A stretch of DNA of 63,694 nt, counting the filler, from Chrysochromulina tobinii (taxonomy: Eukaryota), in the NCBI GenBank assembly GCA_001275005.1. It is 5 parts of 5 records of this genome, joined end to end, with 100 filler letters (N's around TTAATTAATTAA, not from the genome) between each part and the next. Parts side by side here need not be neighbours in the genome. Positions count along the whole stretch, not along the records: positions 1 to 17,095 come from JWZX01000317.1; 4 more parts are not named here. One strand, given 5' to 3'. The notes under the pieces were generated by a model that saw nothing but the letters and a program-made list of their open reading frames with translations, did no database searches and was not told where the DNA came from. The translations under genes and the position numbers were made by a program. Shown here piece by piece: positions 1-11,000 of the stretch (positions within the stretch are counted from its first letter, which is position 1; the number at the start of each line of letters is the position of its first letter).

Positions 1-131
1 AAACCCGACCCTGCCTCCGCCCGCTCCCAGAGCGCCTCCCCGCGCCTGCTCAAAGGCGGTCGGCGAAATGAAGGCGCGTGCGGCAGACCGGTAAAAAGAC
101 ACCGGGGAGCCGGGACACACCGGTACATATC

Positions 132-165
132 TTGACTTTTGACTTGACTTGACTTGACTTGACTT
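132..165. repeat. (TTGAC)n pentanucleotide microsatellite
   Basis: ttgacttttgacttgacttgacttgacttgactt read directly; same unit fills the intron at 25648-25722. Confidence 0.9.
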
Positions 166-227
166 CCTTGTGTGATGGTCCGCGCAAGCACGCGAGAGCG
201 CCGTCTGCTTCCCGCCGTCCGCAAGAC

Positions 228-1630
228 ATGGTCGGCTACGAGGAGGGCATGCCCACTGATACGGAAGCCAAGAAGAAGGCCGTGTACGCATCGCGCCTCA
301 GCCGCGCCAGGAGCGCGAACTCGCTGAAGTTTGGATCGTCGCTCGGGCCTCGAGCCGCCGCCGCCTCTCGCGATGTGGATCGCCTTGCCAACTCGACCAA
401 CATGGCCCTCGAGCGCAACGAGTTTCCGTGCCGCGTCGCCGCGAGCTCGTTTGATGGGCAGCTGGGCGTGTTTGCGACGCGAGACATAGCCGCCGGCCAG
501 AGAGTGCTCATCGAGAGGCCTCTCGTGCTCACGCCGACTCCGGATGCGAGACCGTTCACGTGTGCCACATGCTTTTCCGATTCGCGAGCTCGCCATCCGC
601 GACTTCCGAACGAGCTTCCAAAGCGGTGGCCCCGTCGCTGCGCGGGGTGCAAGGTGTTGCGCTTCTGCTCCGACGCTTGCGAGAAACGTCTGGAGCCACG
701 CCATCGAGGATGTGCACCGTTCAGTGAATGTGCGGCGCTCGGTGCGATCGCGTGTGAAGAGCTGGCCTCGCAGCGCCCGATCGTCGAGCCGCTCGCAGGG
801 AACATGGTCGCGCAGGCGCTGCGCCTACTCGCCGACCGGCACGCCGCCGTACGTGTGCACGATCTGCGTTAGCCCTGCATACACGTGCTCACCAGGGCGC
901 CAACTTTCCCACACAGGTACGCGTGGAGGCTCTGTGCGGGCTCACCGTCGCGTTCGCAGACGGTGCGACACGCCTCTTGAGTGTCCCTCGGAGCTGGCCG
1001 CCGGCGGCGCTCGTCACCCAAGCGACCGATACGGCGCTGCGCTTTGTTCCACCCGAGGCTCGCGTGCCAGCAGAGGAGCTCGGCGACCTGCTTCGACGGC
1101 TGCAGTGCAATGTGTTCAGCGTGAGCTCAGCCGTTGGGACCGACGACTGCGATGTGGGCCGTGCTGCCTTCGTTGGCGCGATGCAATTCGTCAACCACTC
1201 ATGTGCACCTAACGTCGTCTTCGAGTCCGAACCGTTGTGGGTATCTGAGGGGCCGGCGTGTGAAGACACACCCGCATTCAGTCTCGTTTGCCTCAGGGAC
1301 GTACCGTGCGGTGCGCAGCTGAGCCGATCTCGTACCAGATTAGTACACGCTTGTTGCCGATTGAAAGCCGCTTATGTTCTCCGATTGCGTCCCTCATCAG
1401 GTGCCGAGCTCACGATCTCGTATACCAATGTGTATTCGGACCGTGCCCAGCGCTGTTCACACCTCCTCGAAAACTACGGGTTTGAATGCCAGTGTGAACG
1501 TTGTGTACCGGCGACCGCGGCCACAGAGAAGACGTCGGCCGAGCAGGATGACGAGGTTGATGACTCTTGGATCTCAATCCTTGGAGCTCAATTCGCACTG
1601 CTCAAAGCTCGATCGATGACTGACTATTGA
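228..1630 (+). CDS. SET and MYND domain (SMYD-like) lysine methyltransferase; exons 228-848, 917-1310, 1401-1630
   Basis: GVFATRDIAAG, CxxC/CxxC/FCSxxC MYND pattern, FVNHSCAPN, post-SET FECQCERC; removing GT-AG introns 849-916 and 1311-1400 keeps frame and restores RDVPCGAELTISY. Confidence 0.9.
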
Positions 1631-1673
1631 GTGAATCCTTGAGTTATGTAGACTTATCTAGCCTTGACCCAAG

Positions 1674-2120
1674 GGGGAGTGGTCTACTATTTTTCATGTT
1701 TATATATTATAAGGCCCCCGCCCTACACCTGTGGTTTGGGGGGATTCTCGAATGGTGTTGCGGGCCCAAGGACGAAGGAGGAGTTTTCCGTCATTGGTCA
1801 TACCGCCGTGGCGCCGATAGCGATACCGTATTTTTCATGTTTATAAGGCGGGCCCGCCCGCACCCACGAGCGGCCCACCCCGCCCTTCCGCGTTCCGGCT
1901 GGCGCGTGGCGGGCTGGCCGTGTTAGGTGTTTGGGAAATTTGAATGCGCGGTAAATGCGCGGCGGCGTGACCCCTCCAGCTCCGCACCCCCCGCGCCGTC
2001 CGGTGCACGGGCCGCGAAGGGGCGCGGCCGACGAACGGGGGTCCTCAGGCGGGGAGTGGTCTAGTATTTTTCATGTTTATAAGGCCCCCACCCTATACCT
2101 GTTTGGGAATTGAATGGTTG
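1674..2120 (+). repeat. Three direct copies of a TATTTTTCATGTTTATAAGGC-core repeat (about 1674-1755, 1826-1849, 2051-2120)
   Basis: Copies 1 and 3 share GGGGAGTGGTCTA-TATTTTTCATGTTTATA..AGGCCCCC-CCCTA-ACCTGT..TTTGGG..GAATGG; copy 2 is TA|CCGTATTTTTCATGTTTATAAGGC. Confidence 0.85.
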
Positions 2121-3767
2121 ACCGGGCGTCGCGACGGCCTGCACCAGCGTGTACGTCCGGTCGTACCACCCGTCCGGTGAATTCGCGTCACAGTGGTGGT
2201 ACTGCATGGCGGACGAGCAGTCGGCGGCGGGGTCCACGCGGCCGCCGTCGAACGGGTCGCACTGCGGCGTGATGCAGACGCCCGTCACGAACGCCGCAAT
2301 GTCGCCGGCCGCGTCCATGTACAGGTGCGGCCGCTCGCGCTTGCCGTGCACGACGGCGCCCAGCCCGCCCGCGAACTCGATGGTGCTGTTGGCGGCGGGC
2401 TCCGCCGCCACGCGCCACTCGTACCCGTCGAGACTGAACGCGTGCCCGATCGCAATGTCCGGGTTGCTGAACGGCGACGCGTGGAAGAGGCAGTGGAAGC
2501 GCCCGAGCTTGTCGAGGTACAGGCTCGGGTCCTCGCCGCCGCCGCACGCGCCCGACGTGACGAGCGTGAAGGGGCCCCGCCACGAGTTGTCCGAGCGCCA
2601 CATGCCCATGTCGTTGTCGGTGAACGTGACGTAGACGGTTCCGTTGGGGTGCTCCCAGGGCGCAGGGTTGTTGCCGCCGCACGGCGTGATGCTCACGTTG
2701 CGGACGGGCACCCACGGGCCGTGCACGCTGGCGCTGACGTGCAGGTCCAGCGTGCAGCCAGCCGTGCTGCCGCCGCTGGTGGCGGCGGCTGTGGCGGGCG
2801 GCGCGCGCCCCTCGAGCCGCGCGCGCGCGTACATGTCGGTGCTGTGGCCGTGGCCCGCCTGCACCCACGTGCTCCACTGCGCGTTGGGCGTCAGGCCGCC
2901 CGTGCCCGCGGAGAACAGCTTCGCCTTGCCGAACCCCCACGCCGCCGAGAGCCCAAACGACACGCAGCCGGGCGTGCCGGCGCACGCGGCCGCCGCCAGC
3001 GGCGCGCACGTCGCGTAGCTGGAGCACGCCAGCGTCGGCTCCGCCAGGTCCGCGCCGCAGTCGCCGCGCACACCCACCGCCGCCGCGCCGGCATCGCCCG
3101 CGCAGTAGGAGCTCATGCACACGTACCCTGGCACGGGCGCCTCGGCGCACGCGTCCGTCGAGCCGCACTGGTCGAAGCCCTGCTCGCCGCACGGCGACGT
3201 GCCGTTGGCGGCGCAGTAGCCGTCGCCCGGCTCGCCGCCCTTGCCGCCGCCAATGTGGAACATCACGAAGGTCCCGTTGATGAGCCGCACGAGCGGGTTG
3301 TGGCTCCAGATGGGCACGGCCACCTCCTGCCGCACGTACGGCCCCGTGGGCCCCGTCGCCGAGGTAACGTGCGTGACCTGCGAGTTGGACCCCCACGTCG
3401 TGAGCCCGCACGACCCTGCGCCCGGGTCGCCGCCCGTCCCATTGGGCGCCATCTCGGCGATCCACATGTGGTAGCCGCCGCCCGCAGGGTCCGCGAGGAT
3501 GTTGCCGCCCCATGTGGAGGTCGCGGCGTGGCGGTAGCCCGCCGCGTCGGGCTCGACCGGCAGGAGGGCTAGCCGCGTACAGCATGCGCCCGTCCACGCC
3601 GCGTCGCACGCGCACGCACCGCTCGCCACGTCGCACACGCCGTTGAGTGAGCAGTCGAGGTCGCTCGCGCACGCCGCGGCGCACGGCTCGGCAGCGATCC
3701 GCCGCGCCGACGCGCCGCGCGCCGCGGCCGCCGCCAGCAGAAGCAGCGTGATGGCAGGTTGGCGCAT
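2061..3767 (-). CDS. Secreted Cys-rich protein with EGF-like N-terminus and probable beta-propeller glycoside hydrolase-like domain (intronless)
   Basis: Signal peptide MRQPAITLLLLAAAAARG; DCSLNGVC..CACDAAWTGxxC; TWGG, HNP, NPAP, GEDPSLYLD, RERPHL motifs; fold assignment is inference. Confidence 0.7.
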   Translation of the reverse strand: MRQPAITLLLLAAAAARGASARRIAAEPCAAACASDLDCSLNGVCDVASGACACDAAWTGACCTRLALLPVEPDAAGYRHAATSTWGGNILADPAGGGYHMWIAEMAPNGTGGDPGAGSCGLTTWGSNSQVTHVTSATGPTGPYVRQEVAVPIWSHNPLVRLINGTFVMFHIGGGKGGEPGDGYCAANGTSPCGEQGFDQCGSTDACAEAPVPGYVCMSSYCAGDAGAAAVGVRGDCGADLAEPTLACSSYATCAPLAAAACAGTPGCVSFGLSAAWGFGKAKLFSAGTGGLTPNAQWSTWVQAGHGHSTDMYARARLEGRAPPATAAATSGGSTAGCTLDLHVSASVHGPWVPVRNVSITPCGGNNPAPWEHPNGTVYVTFTDNDMGMWRSDNSWRGPFTLVTSGACGGGEDPSLYLDKLGRFHCLFHASPFSNPDIAIGHAFSLDGYEWRVAAEPAANSTIEFAGGLGAVVHGKRERPHLYMDAAGDIAAFVTGVCITPQCDPFDGGRVDPAADCSSAMQYHHCDANSPDGWYDRTYTLVQAVATPGQPFNSQTGIGWGPYKHEKY

Positions 3768-3804
3768 GGTTGGTGGCTTTAGGTCTTCCTGCCTGGGTGA
3801 AGAA

Positions 3805-3894
3805 GACCCGGCGGCGTGAACGTTAACACCAAACACGACAGACGCGTCGTGTTTGACGTGTCGTGTTTGATGTTAACGTTCACGCCGCCGGGTC
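3805..3894. repeat. 36-bp inverted repeat with one mismatch and 18-nt spacer
   Basis: gacccggcggcgtgaacgttaacaccaaacacgaca (3805-3840) pairs with 3859-3894. Confidence 0.95.
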
Positions 3895-4364
3895 ACGCGA
3901 GGACACTGACGCTGATGGTGTCGACGGTTGGGTGGGGCGTGGGGGGAACTTTCACGGCAGTTGTACTCCCTCGCCCCCGTTCCCCCCCGAGGCCGAGCTT
4001 CAAATCAACTCGCAATACGCAAACCGAAACCCCTCTGGTACATCGTGATAGTTTGCGCCGAGATTGAGATCTACACAAAGCCGCGCTCCCAGCCTCTAAC
4101 TCCCTCGGTATCCAGGTTAACAACCGGATGGAGTATACACCTCACTGCACGCTAGCGCTGGGCGCGCAACCTCGATACGTGTCCACACCACGAGAGACCA
4201 CAGGCGTACATGAAAAGCGTACATGTCCGGTCCAGCCTCGCCCCGCCCCACGTCTTTTCGGTGAGGGGGACCGGTTGGCAGGGAAGCGCATCTCGCGCTC
4301 TCGTGAGCGCTCTCGTGCTCGTTGCTCTCGCGCCTCTTATGCTGGACGCGATCTGCAGCAGAGT

Positions 4365-6056
4365 CTAGCCGAAGATGACGTTCCGGTCCCTGAAGTGCCT
4401 GTAGCCATACGCGCCGTTCATGCAATTCTTGTCGCCCTGCTTGACATCGGCCAACTTTTGCATGTGGACTGAAGTCCTGCTCATGAAGCCATTTTGGGGG
4501 ATCTTGAGCGCAGGCATGGGGTTCGCGAGGACACCAGCTTGGGAATACTGCAGCAGCAGCGCATGCATCGCTGGATTGTGTCCGAAACCCGCGAGGAGCT
4601 CGCCGTGCCCGGGGCGGAACTTTTGCTTGTAGAACGTGCGCATGCTGCGATGGCCGAGCTCACGTTCACAGTCGTGAGCAACAACTGTCCCATCAGAGCG
4701 GATTGTGCCCGCCTCGGCGCGGACGGTCAGGGCGCCAGCCTCAGCGGCGGTGCCCACAGGCCGGTAGCGCACCGTCCAGCGCATCGAGCGCGTCGATGTG
4801 CCCACCGACATATCCTCTGCGCTCGCTGTCGCACGCTGCGCCGGCGGCGGCGGCAGCGGCATCTGTGCGGCGGGCGAGGTGGGTGCACCTCCGGAGGGAG
4901 CTCCCGCACCTCCGCCCTTGTGAGCGGCGAGCCGGTGCGCCCACTCGGAGTACAGCTGTGCGTCGCTCATCTCGCCACTCGCGACGCGATCCGTGAGGGC
5001 ATCTACCGCGCTCTCCGTGAGCAATCCGTGGCGCACACACTCATCGAGGAGCTCGCCCACCATCTCCTCTGTTGTATTCACCTCCATGGGTTCGGCCACG
5101 CCGGCCACGCCGCGCTCGCGCGCCTCGCCCGCCGCCGCCTCGTCCGCCGCCTCCATCTCACCCTCATCTTCGTCCTCGTCGCTCACCTCCTCCTCTACCC
5201 ACGTCCACAGCGGGCTCTTCGCCGCAAGTGCCTCAAGGTCGTACCACGCGCCGTACTCGTCCTCGTGCCCCTCGAGCTCGATGCGGCACTCGTGTCGATC
5301 GCGCATGTGAGCCTGCACCGCCTCGAGTGAGTGGTGCTGCTTGCCAGAGATCAGCGCCACGTTGCCCACGTACACCATCTCGAGCAGGTAGCCGAGCAGA
5401 CCGCGCAGGTCCGTCACGTACTCGATGTATGGAATGTAGAAGCCATGCGTCTTCGCCATGTACGCGAGGTTCGCCTCGAGGCTCTCACTGTGGTGGCGCG
5501 AGAAGAGGTCGGAACCCTCGTCGTAAGGCTCGGCCTCGCTCAGCTTCTTCTCGATGTACTCATGCTCGCTGAGATCCTTGGCCGCCTGGTAGTGCGCCGC
5601 CTTTGAGCGTGGGTTGGCCGCCGCCGCCGCCGCCTTGGCCTCCTGCTTTGCCTCTCGCTTGAGCCGGCGCTGCGTCGCGCGGCTCACGCCGTCGGTGGCC
5701 AACACCGGCGCTGCCGCCGCCTCGCGCGCCGCACGCTCTTCGTACACGGCGAGCGGCAGGGGCGCGAGCCCAGCCACCTTGCGCTTCAGATTGTACCGGT
5801 GCCAGTCGGAGCGGTAGTGCTCCTTCATCTCCTCCTCGGAGGCAAAGACCACACCGGGCGCAGTGTAGCACGTAAAGGTGCGCGCACCGGCGCCACCCTC
5901 GCCCGGCTGGACGAGCGACATGGGCATTGACGGGCCTCGGATGGATCCCATCCTTGCTTCCGCCTCCACGAAGCGCTCGTCCTCGTCGTCACCGTCCACA
6001 CGAGTCCACGAAGTCACAGACAATTGAGTTTCGTTACCCATCCCGGCCCCAACCAT
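4365..6056 (-). CDS. REI1: Pre-60S ribosome maturation factor Rei1/ZNF622-like; start uncertain
   Basis: EHYRSDWHRYNLKRKVAGL, NLAYMAKTHGFYIP..EY..DL.GLL.YL, SLEAVQAHM, LGHR..FYKQ. Confidence 0.9.
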   Translation of the reverse strand: MVGAGMGNETQLSVTSWTRVDGDDEDERFVEAEARMGSIRGPSMPMSLVQPGEGGAGARTFTCYTAPGVVFASEEEMKEHYRSDWHRYNLKRKVAGLAPLPLAVYEERAAREAAAAPVLATDGVSRATQRRLKREAKQEAKAAAAAANPRSKAAHYQAAKDLSEHEYIEKKLSEAEPYDEGSDLFSRHHSESLEANLAYMAKTHGFYIPYIEYVTDLRGLLGYLLEMVYVGNVALISGKQHHSLEAVQAHMRDRHECRIELEGHEDEYGAWYDLEALAAKSPLWTWVEEEVSDEDEDEGEMEAADEAAAGEARERGVAGVAEPMEVNTTEEMVGELLDECVRHGLLTESAVDALTDRVASGEMSDAQLYSEWAHRLAAHKGGGAGAPSGGAPTSPAAQMPLPPPPAQRATASAEDMSVGTSTRSMRWTVRYRPVGTAAEAGALTVRAEAGTIRSDGTVVAHDCERELGHRSMRTFYKQKFRPGHGELLAGFGHNPAMHALLLQYSQAGVLANPMPALKIPQNGFMSRTSVHMQKLADVKQGDKNCMNGAYGYRHFRDRNVIFG

Positions 6057-6188
6057 GGGTGGACACTGGTTTGGGGTACACTGGGTTGGGGATGAAAAAC
6101 TTGCCCGGTACGGCGCGACGAAACAGCGTCCGTTCAGAGGCCTCTTCGTCACGAGCGCAGCGCAGCGCAGCGCCCTGCGCGGGGCGCC

Positions 6189-7736
6189 ATGGTGGTGGAG
6201 ATCAAGCCGCCGAAGCTGTACCCCTCGGGCAGCGTGTTCATCAAGTACTATCCTGACGGCGGCTCGATGGCATATTATCCTTCGGGCAACATGGCGATGT
6301 GCTATGAGCGGATGGGCGGCGGCTTCTACACATACTTCTATGCGGACAACAGGGCGGGCACAACGCTGCTCGCGATCGATCCGATCGGCGAGGGCTTCTG
6401 CGCGTTCCCCACTGGCAACCCGCGACTCACGTCCCGCAAGACGGGCGGCACATTCTGCGACGAGGACGGCAAGATCCTGCGGCTGTGGACGACGACGAAG
6501 CCGCTCGCAGCGAACCGACCCATCTCCTTCGACCTGTCGCCGCACATCCAGATCTCCTTTGGCTCGCGGCAGGCCATCACGGCCAAGCTTGTGTGTCAGG
6601 GCATGAGTGAGGAGTGGCAGATCGGCGAGGTGCCGAAGATGGCCAACGACTCGTACCTGTCCAAGTCGCTCGGTGTTATCAAGATGGGACCCGAGCGCGG
6701 CAAGCACGTGCTCGACATTGACAAGTGCCGGCTGGCGGCGCAAGAGAACCGCGAGCGGCGCGCCGCGCTCGGTGGCATGAGCGAGATCCCGGTCGCGAAG
6801 ACGCTGATCACGGAGGATGACATGAAGAAGCACCCCGATCTGAAGCCCGTCGTCGCCTCGACATCGCAGCTGCAAAAGTCCGTCGCGGACGGGTTTTGGG
6901 ACGTCGACTGCTTCATCTCGAAGCAGAAGCTCGCGGACACGCTTGGCGATGCCTTCCCGACGCTGCGGATGGGCGAGTCCATCAAGACGGACCCCTTTTC
7001 ACGTACCTTCGCCTCTCTGCCTAGCTCCAACCCGGACGTCCTCACGCAACTGCTGCAGGAGCATGCGAAGGGTCCGTCCCTTCCGCTGCCGCTCACGAAC
7101 GCTATCAAGAATGCGAGCGGCCGCTACCGGCCGGATCACGGCATCCACTACAAGACGCCGCGGAAGCGTCTGAAGGAGCTCACCTCGAAGACCTTTGACA
7201 ACTACATTAAGGTCGAGGCGCCCAAAGGGAGCGTCGTCGTGGTCGCCTGCCTCGCCGGCTGGCTGCCGCAGGCGCGGCGCGCCGAGGCGAACCTCGAGAT
7301 GCTCAACGGCGTGCTCACCGCCAAGGAGGGCGAATCGACGGCCAACTGGAACGATACCGTCGTTGCGCCGCCACACAGCGGCGCCGGCAGCGGCAGCAGC
7401 AGCATGGCCGGAGCGCCGGCTGCCGGCGAGGCGCCCCCGTTCATCCTGGTCAAGTTCGACATGTCGCAGTCGCGCTTCCTGCGCGACCGGCACAACATCA
7501 ACACGCTGCCCATGTACCTGATGTACATTGGCGGCCGCCTCGCGTACGCCTCGAGCACCCTCAACGGCTATGGCAGCTCCATCGACGACCTCAAAACCCA
7601 GGTACGAAAGGTCGCGAGCGAGAAAAATTTCCTGCCCGACGATTTCCGCTTCGGCCCGACCGACGACCACAACACCGGCGACTTTGGCGCCACTCTCAAG
7701 GCGACGGCGCCCATCCTGGGCAAAACTGGGCCATGA
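6189..7736 (+). CDS. FAM194-like N-terminal domain plus C-terminal thioredoxin-like fold protein
   Basis: YPDG..YYPSGNMA..TYFYAD..LL..DP.G.G pattern; C-terminal VKFD..R.NI..LPMYLMY.GG.L without CxxC. Confidence 0.6.
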   Translation: MVVEIKPPKLYPSGSVFIKYYPDGGSMAYYPSGNMAMCYERMGGGFYTYFYADNRAGTTLLAIDPIGEGFCAFPTGNPRLTSRKTGGTFCDEDGKILRLWTTTKPLAANRPISFDLSPHIQISFGSRQAITAKLVCQGMSEEWQIGEVPKMANDSYLSKSLGVIKMGPERGKHVLDIDKCRLAAQENRERRAALGGMSEIPVAKTLITEDDMKKHPDLKPVVASTSQLQKSVADGFWDVDCFISKQKLADTLGDAFPTLRMGESIKTDPFSRTFASLPSSNPDVLTQLLQEHAKGPSLPLPLTNAIKNASGRYRPDHGIHYKTPRKRLKELTSKTFDNYIKVEAPKGSVVVVACLAGWLPQARRAEANLEMLNGVLTAKEGESTANWNDTVVAPPHSGAGSGSSSMAGAPAAGEAPPFILVKFDMSQSRFLRDRHNINTLPMYLMYIGGRLAYASSTLNGYGSSIDDLKTQVRKVASEKNFLPDDFRFGPTDDHNTGDFGATLKATAPILGKTGP

Positions 7737-8049
7737 GCACTTAGTCACAGAGACCCGCAGACAGACCGCCGTCGGTCGAGCGTCGAGGATGCACGCGCAA
7801 TCGCTGTGACGCGACCTCGAGAGTGACCGCTGACCGGACCGAGCCGCGGAGCGGGATGGTTTACTTTTTTTAATAGTAATTGCAATTATTAGTAAATACT
7901 ACTTGGCAATTAGAATGGTCGGGCTCGGTCGTCCGCGCTGCGCGCTGACCGCGCGCTGTGGATTCGACCGTCAGCGCAGGATGAGCTGGGTTCTGGCTTC
8001 TGCCCTCACGCAGTGAGTGTCTCGTCCCGGCTCTCGCTCCGCTCGCGTG

Positions 8050-11000
8050 CTACTGATCCTCCTCATCCTCCTCGTCCTCCTCGGCCGTGGCCACGTCCCG
8101 CACACGTCCACGACCCCTCCATTCGGTGGGCGGCGGGTGCCACGTGGGTGGCGCCGCGGAGCTGTCGACGAGGTACGCCTCGTCGTCGCCCGTGGGCGGC
8201 GCGGTGGCCTCCTCGAGCTCCTCCTCGGCACCCTCCTCGCCCTCCTCCTCGGGCACCTCTGGCTCCTCCTCTTCCCTGCGTGCGTCCTCCGTACTCATCA
8301 TGGTGAGCACGCTCGGCAGCGGATCCCAGCCCGCCTCGTCGAAGAGCATCTCCAGCCCAGCTTGCACATGGAAGACCACATCGTAGTCCACACGCAGCCC
8401 GCCGTTCGCCCTCCGACTGGCTTCAAAGTCGGCAGCGGCTCGATCGAGGTCGTCGCATGCCTTGTGGGCGAAGCCGCGCGCATAGTGCGCGTACGCCCAG
8501 CCCGCCTTGTGCTCCAGCGCGCTGCTCAGGTCGGCGACCGCCGCCTCGGCTCTCTCGCAGAGCAGCAAGGTGATGCCGCGCTGCAGCAACGCATACGCGT
8601 GACCCGACGGCGGCAGCGCCGCCGCCTTGGCCGATGCCTCCTTGGCAGCCTCCTCTCTGGCGGCCTCCTCCTTTGCCTTCCGACGCGCCTCACTCGCCCC
8701 ACCGAGCAGCGCTGGGGCCGTGCGCGCGTGCACGAGCGCCGCCTCGGGCGCCGCCGCGGGCGCCGCTGCCGAGGGCCGCGACGGGATCACGACGACGAGT
8801 GCAGGCGCGGCGCGGTGGCTTCCACCAAGCTTGGTGTCCTTGGGAGCGAGCGCGGGGGCAGGACGGTGCGACGGTGCCGATGGCCGAGACTTGACGCTCG
8901 CGCTCCTTGCGAGAGACGCGCCGCCCGCCTCGTCGTCGTCGGCCTCCTCGCCCTTGGCGCCACGACCGCCCGTCGCCATGCTCTTGCTCGCGTACAGACT
9001 CTCGCCATCGGCATCTTGATGCAAATGGATGCTCGCGCTCAGAGCGGCCACAGCGCCCCAAAGATGCTCGGAACGCGCCAGCAGCATCCCCAAGAGCTGC
9101 TGCATATCTGCTCGCAACGACGCGTCGCTCGGTGCGGCGGGCAGCAGACTGGGCGCCGCGAGCGCCGACCGCGCATCCGAGAGCGCCGCTGGTAGGTTAC
9201 CGGCTCGGTAGTGCGAGGCCGCGCGTAGGCAGCGCGTGTTCGCGTCGTTTGGAGCGCGTCGCAGCGCATGGTCATATGCGCGCACCGCCGCCGCGTACTG
9301 GCGCCGCTCGTGCAAGCACTGGCCACGCAGCACATGGACTGCGGCGAAGAGAGCATTTTGCTCCAGCTGCTCTGCTGCACGCCGCGCCTCCTGGTACATG
9401 ACGGCCGCGGCCGCCTCGGCTTTCTCTTCCGGTGTTCCCTTGCGTCGCCGGCCGCCGCTGCCGCTGCCGCTGCCGCCGCCGCCGCCGCCGCCGCCGTCGT
9501 CGTCATCGACGTCCTCCTCGTCGTCCGAGACGATGGCCGTCACCTTCGGCTTCGGCTTCGAGCGCTCCTCCATCTCCTGCGGCGTGGGCTCATATGGCGA
9601 GACGATGTGCTCCGCGCCGTGCCGCAGGGCTATGCCCAGCAGCCTCAGCGCACGTCGCCGCCGACCGAGCGCACGCAGAGCCGCGGCGCGCGCCGTTTGT
9701 AGCCGCACCGTGACGACACCCGCCGGCACGCCCGCCTTGGCCGCCGCTTCGAAATCGTCCAGAGCTGCCGCCGGATCGCCCAGGAGCATCGAGACTCCTC
9801 CACGGCGCACGTAGTCGTCGCCTGGGCTCACGGCGGCGCCTCGTCGGCGCGCCGTCGCGGGCGCCTCCGGGCCCGGATCGCGCGCCTCGAGCGCCGCAGT
9901 GAAGTCCGCAAGCGCAAGCCGAAGCGCCCCTCCCTCTCGGTGCAACTCGCCCCGCAGCCGGCGAGGAGCGGCCCAACTGGGGCGCATGGTCACGCACACG
10001 TCGAGCTCGACGAGCGCCTGTCGTGGCGCGCCCTGGGCGTACAGCGTCGTGGCAAGCTCTAGCCGGCTCTCTGCCTTGTCGGGGCACAGCTTGAGCGCCG
10101 CGCTGTAGCGGGCGTGCGCGTCGGGCCACAGCTGCTGCGCAGCATAGCACTGGCCTCCACCGTGTGCCGCCGCCGCGGCGAGCCCCGCCATCGCCTTGGC
10201 GGTCGCGCTCGCATCCGCGAGATCCGCCTGTGCGATGAGCGAGAGCGGCTGGCCAGCACGGCGCGCCTTGGCGGCGGCCGCCTGCAGCCGTTCGACACGC
10301 TCGAGCGCCGCATCGCGCCTCAGGCCGGCCACACGTTCGGCGAGGGCATAAGCGCCCGCGGCGGCGTCGTACGCGAGCGGCTGCTTGTACGGCACCGTCG
10401 CCTCTGCGGCCACGTGGCGTAGATGATCGGCGTACGTGAGGCTCACCGACGGCTCCGATGGCGCCATCTGGAGCGCCTCGGCGAGCGCATCCGCCGCCGG
10501 TTCGAGACGACCGAGGGCGCCGAGGGCGCGTGCATGCTCGACACGGAGGTTGGCGTCCGAGGGGCGGAGGCGCACCGCCGTCGCAAGGGCCGCCTCGGCC
10601 GCCTCCGCATCGGGCGGCGTGGCGCTCTCATCATCGCGCTCCCGCAAGCACAGCCCAAGCTGCTCGTGTGCCATCGCGAGCTCGGGAGAGCGCTCCACCA
10701 CGTCACGCAGGTCGCGCAGGCTCAGATCATACCGACCAAGGCGCCGCAGGCACATGCCGCGCCTCAGGAGCGCGCCCGTCACCTCCGCCGCGCTGGCCAG
10801 CAGCGTCGTACTCGCGTCGTACTTGTCGCCCTCTCCCCTTGGCGCGCCGAGCGCGCCGAGCACGTGGCACAGATCGTCCACCGACTCCGCATAACGGCCC
10901 GCCGTCTCGCGCGCGAGGCCGCGTGCGAGGTACACGCCCGCGACAGTCGCGGGCGTCACGAGGGCGGCGGCGGCTCCGCTGCCGGTGACCAACGCGACGG

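Noticed and set aside
1674..2120. CRISPR-like repeat-spacer array
   Set aside because: Only three unequal copies at irregular 150-230 nt spacing, eukaryotic context, no cas genes
6057..6875. N-terminal extension of the 836-aa ORF
   Set aside because: Antisense shadow of the plus-strand gene at 6189; Rei1 similarity starts near 5880
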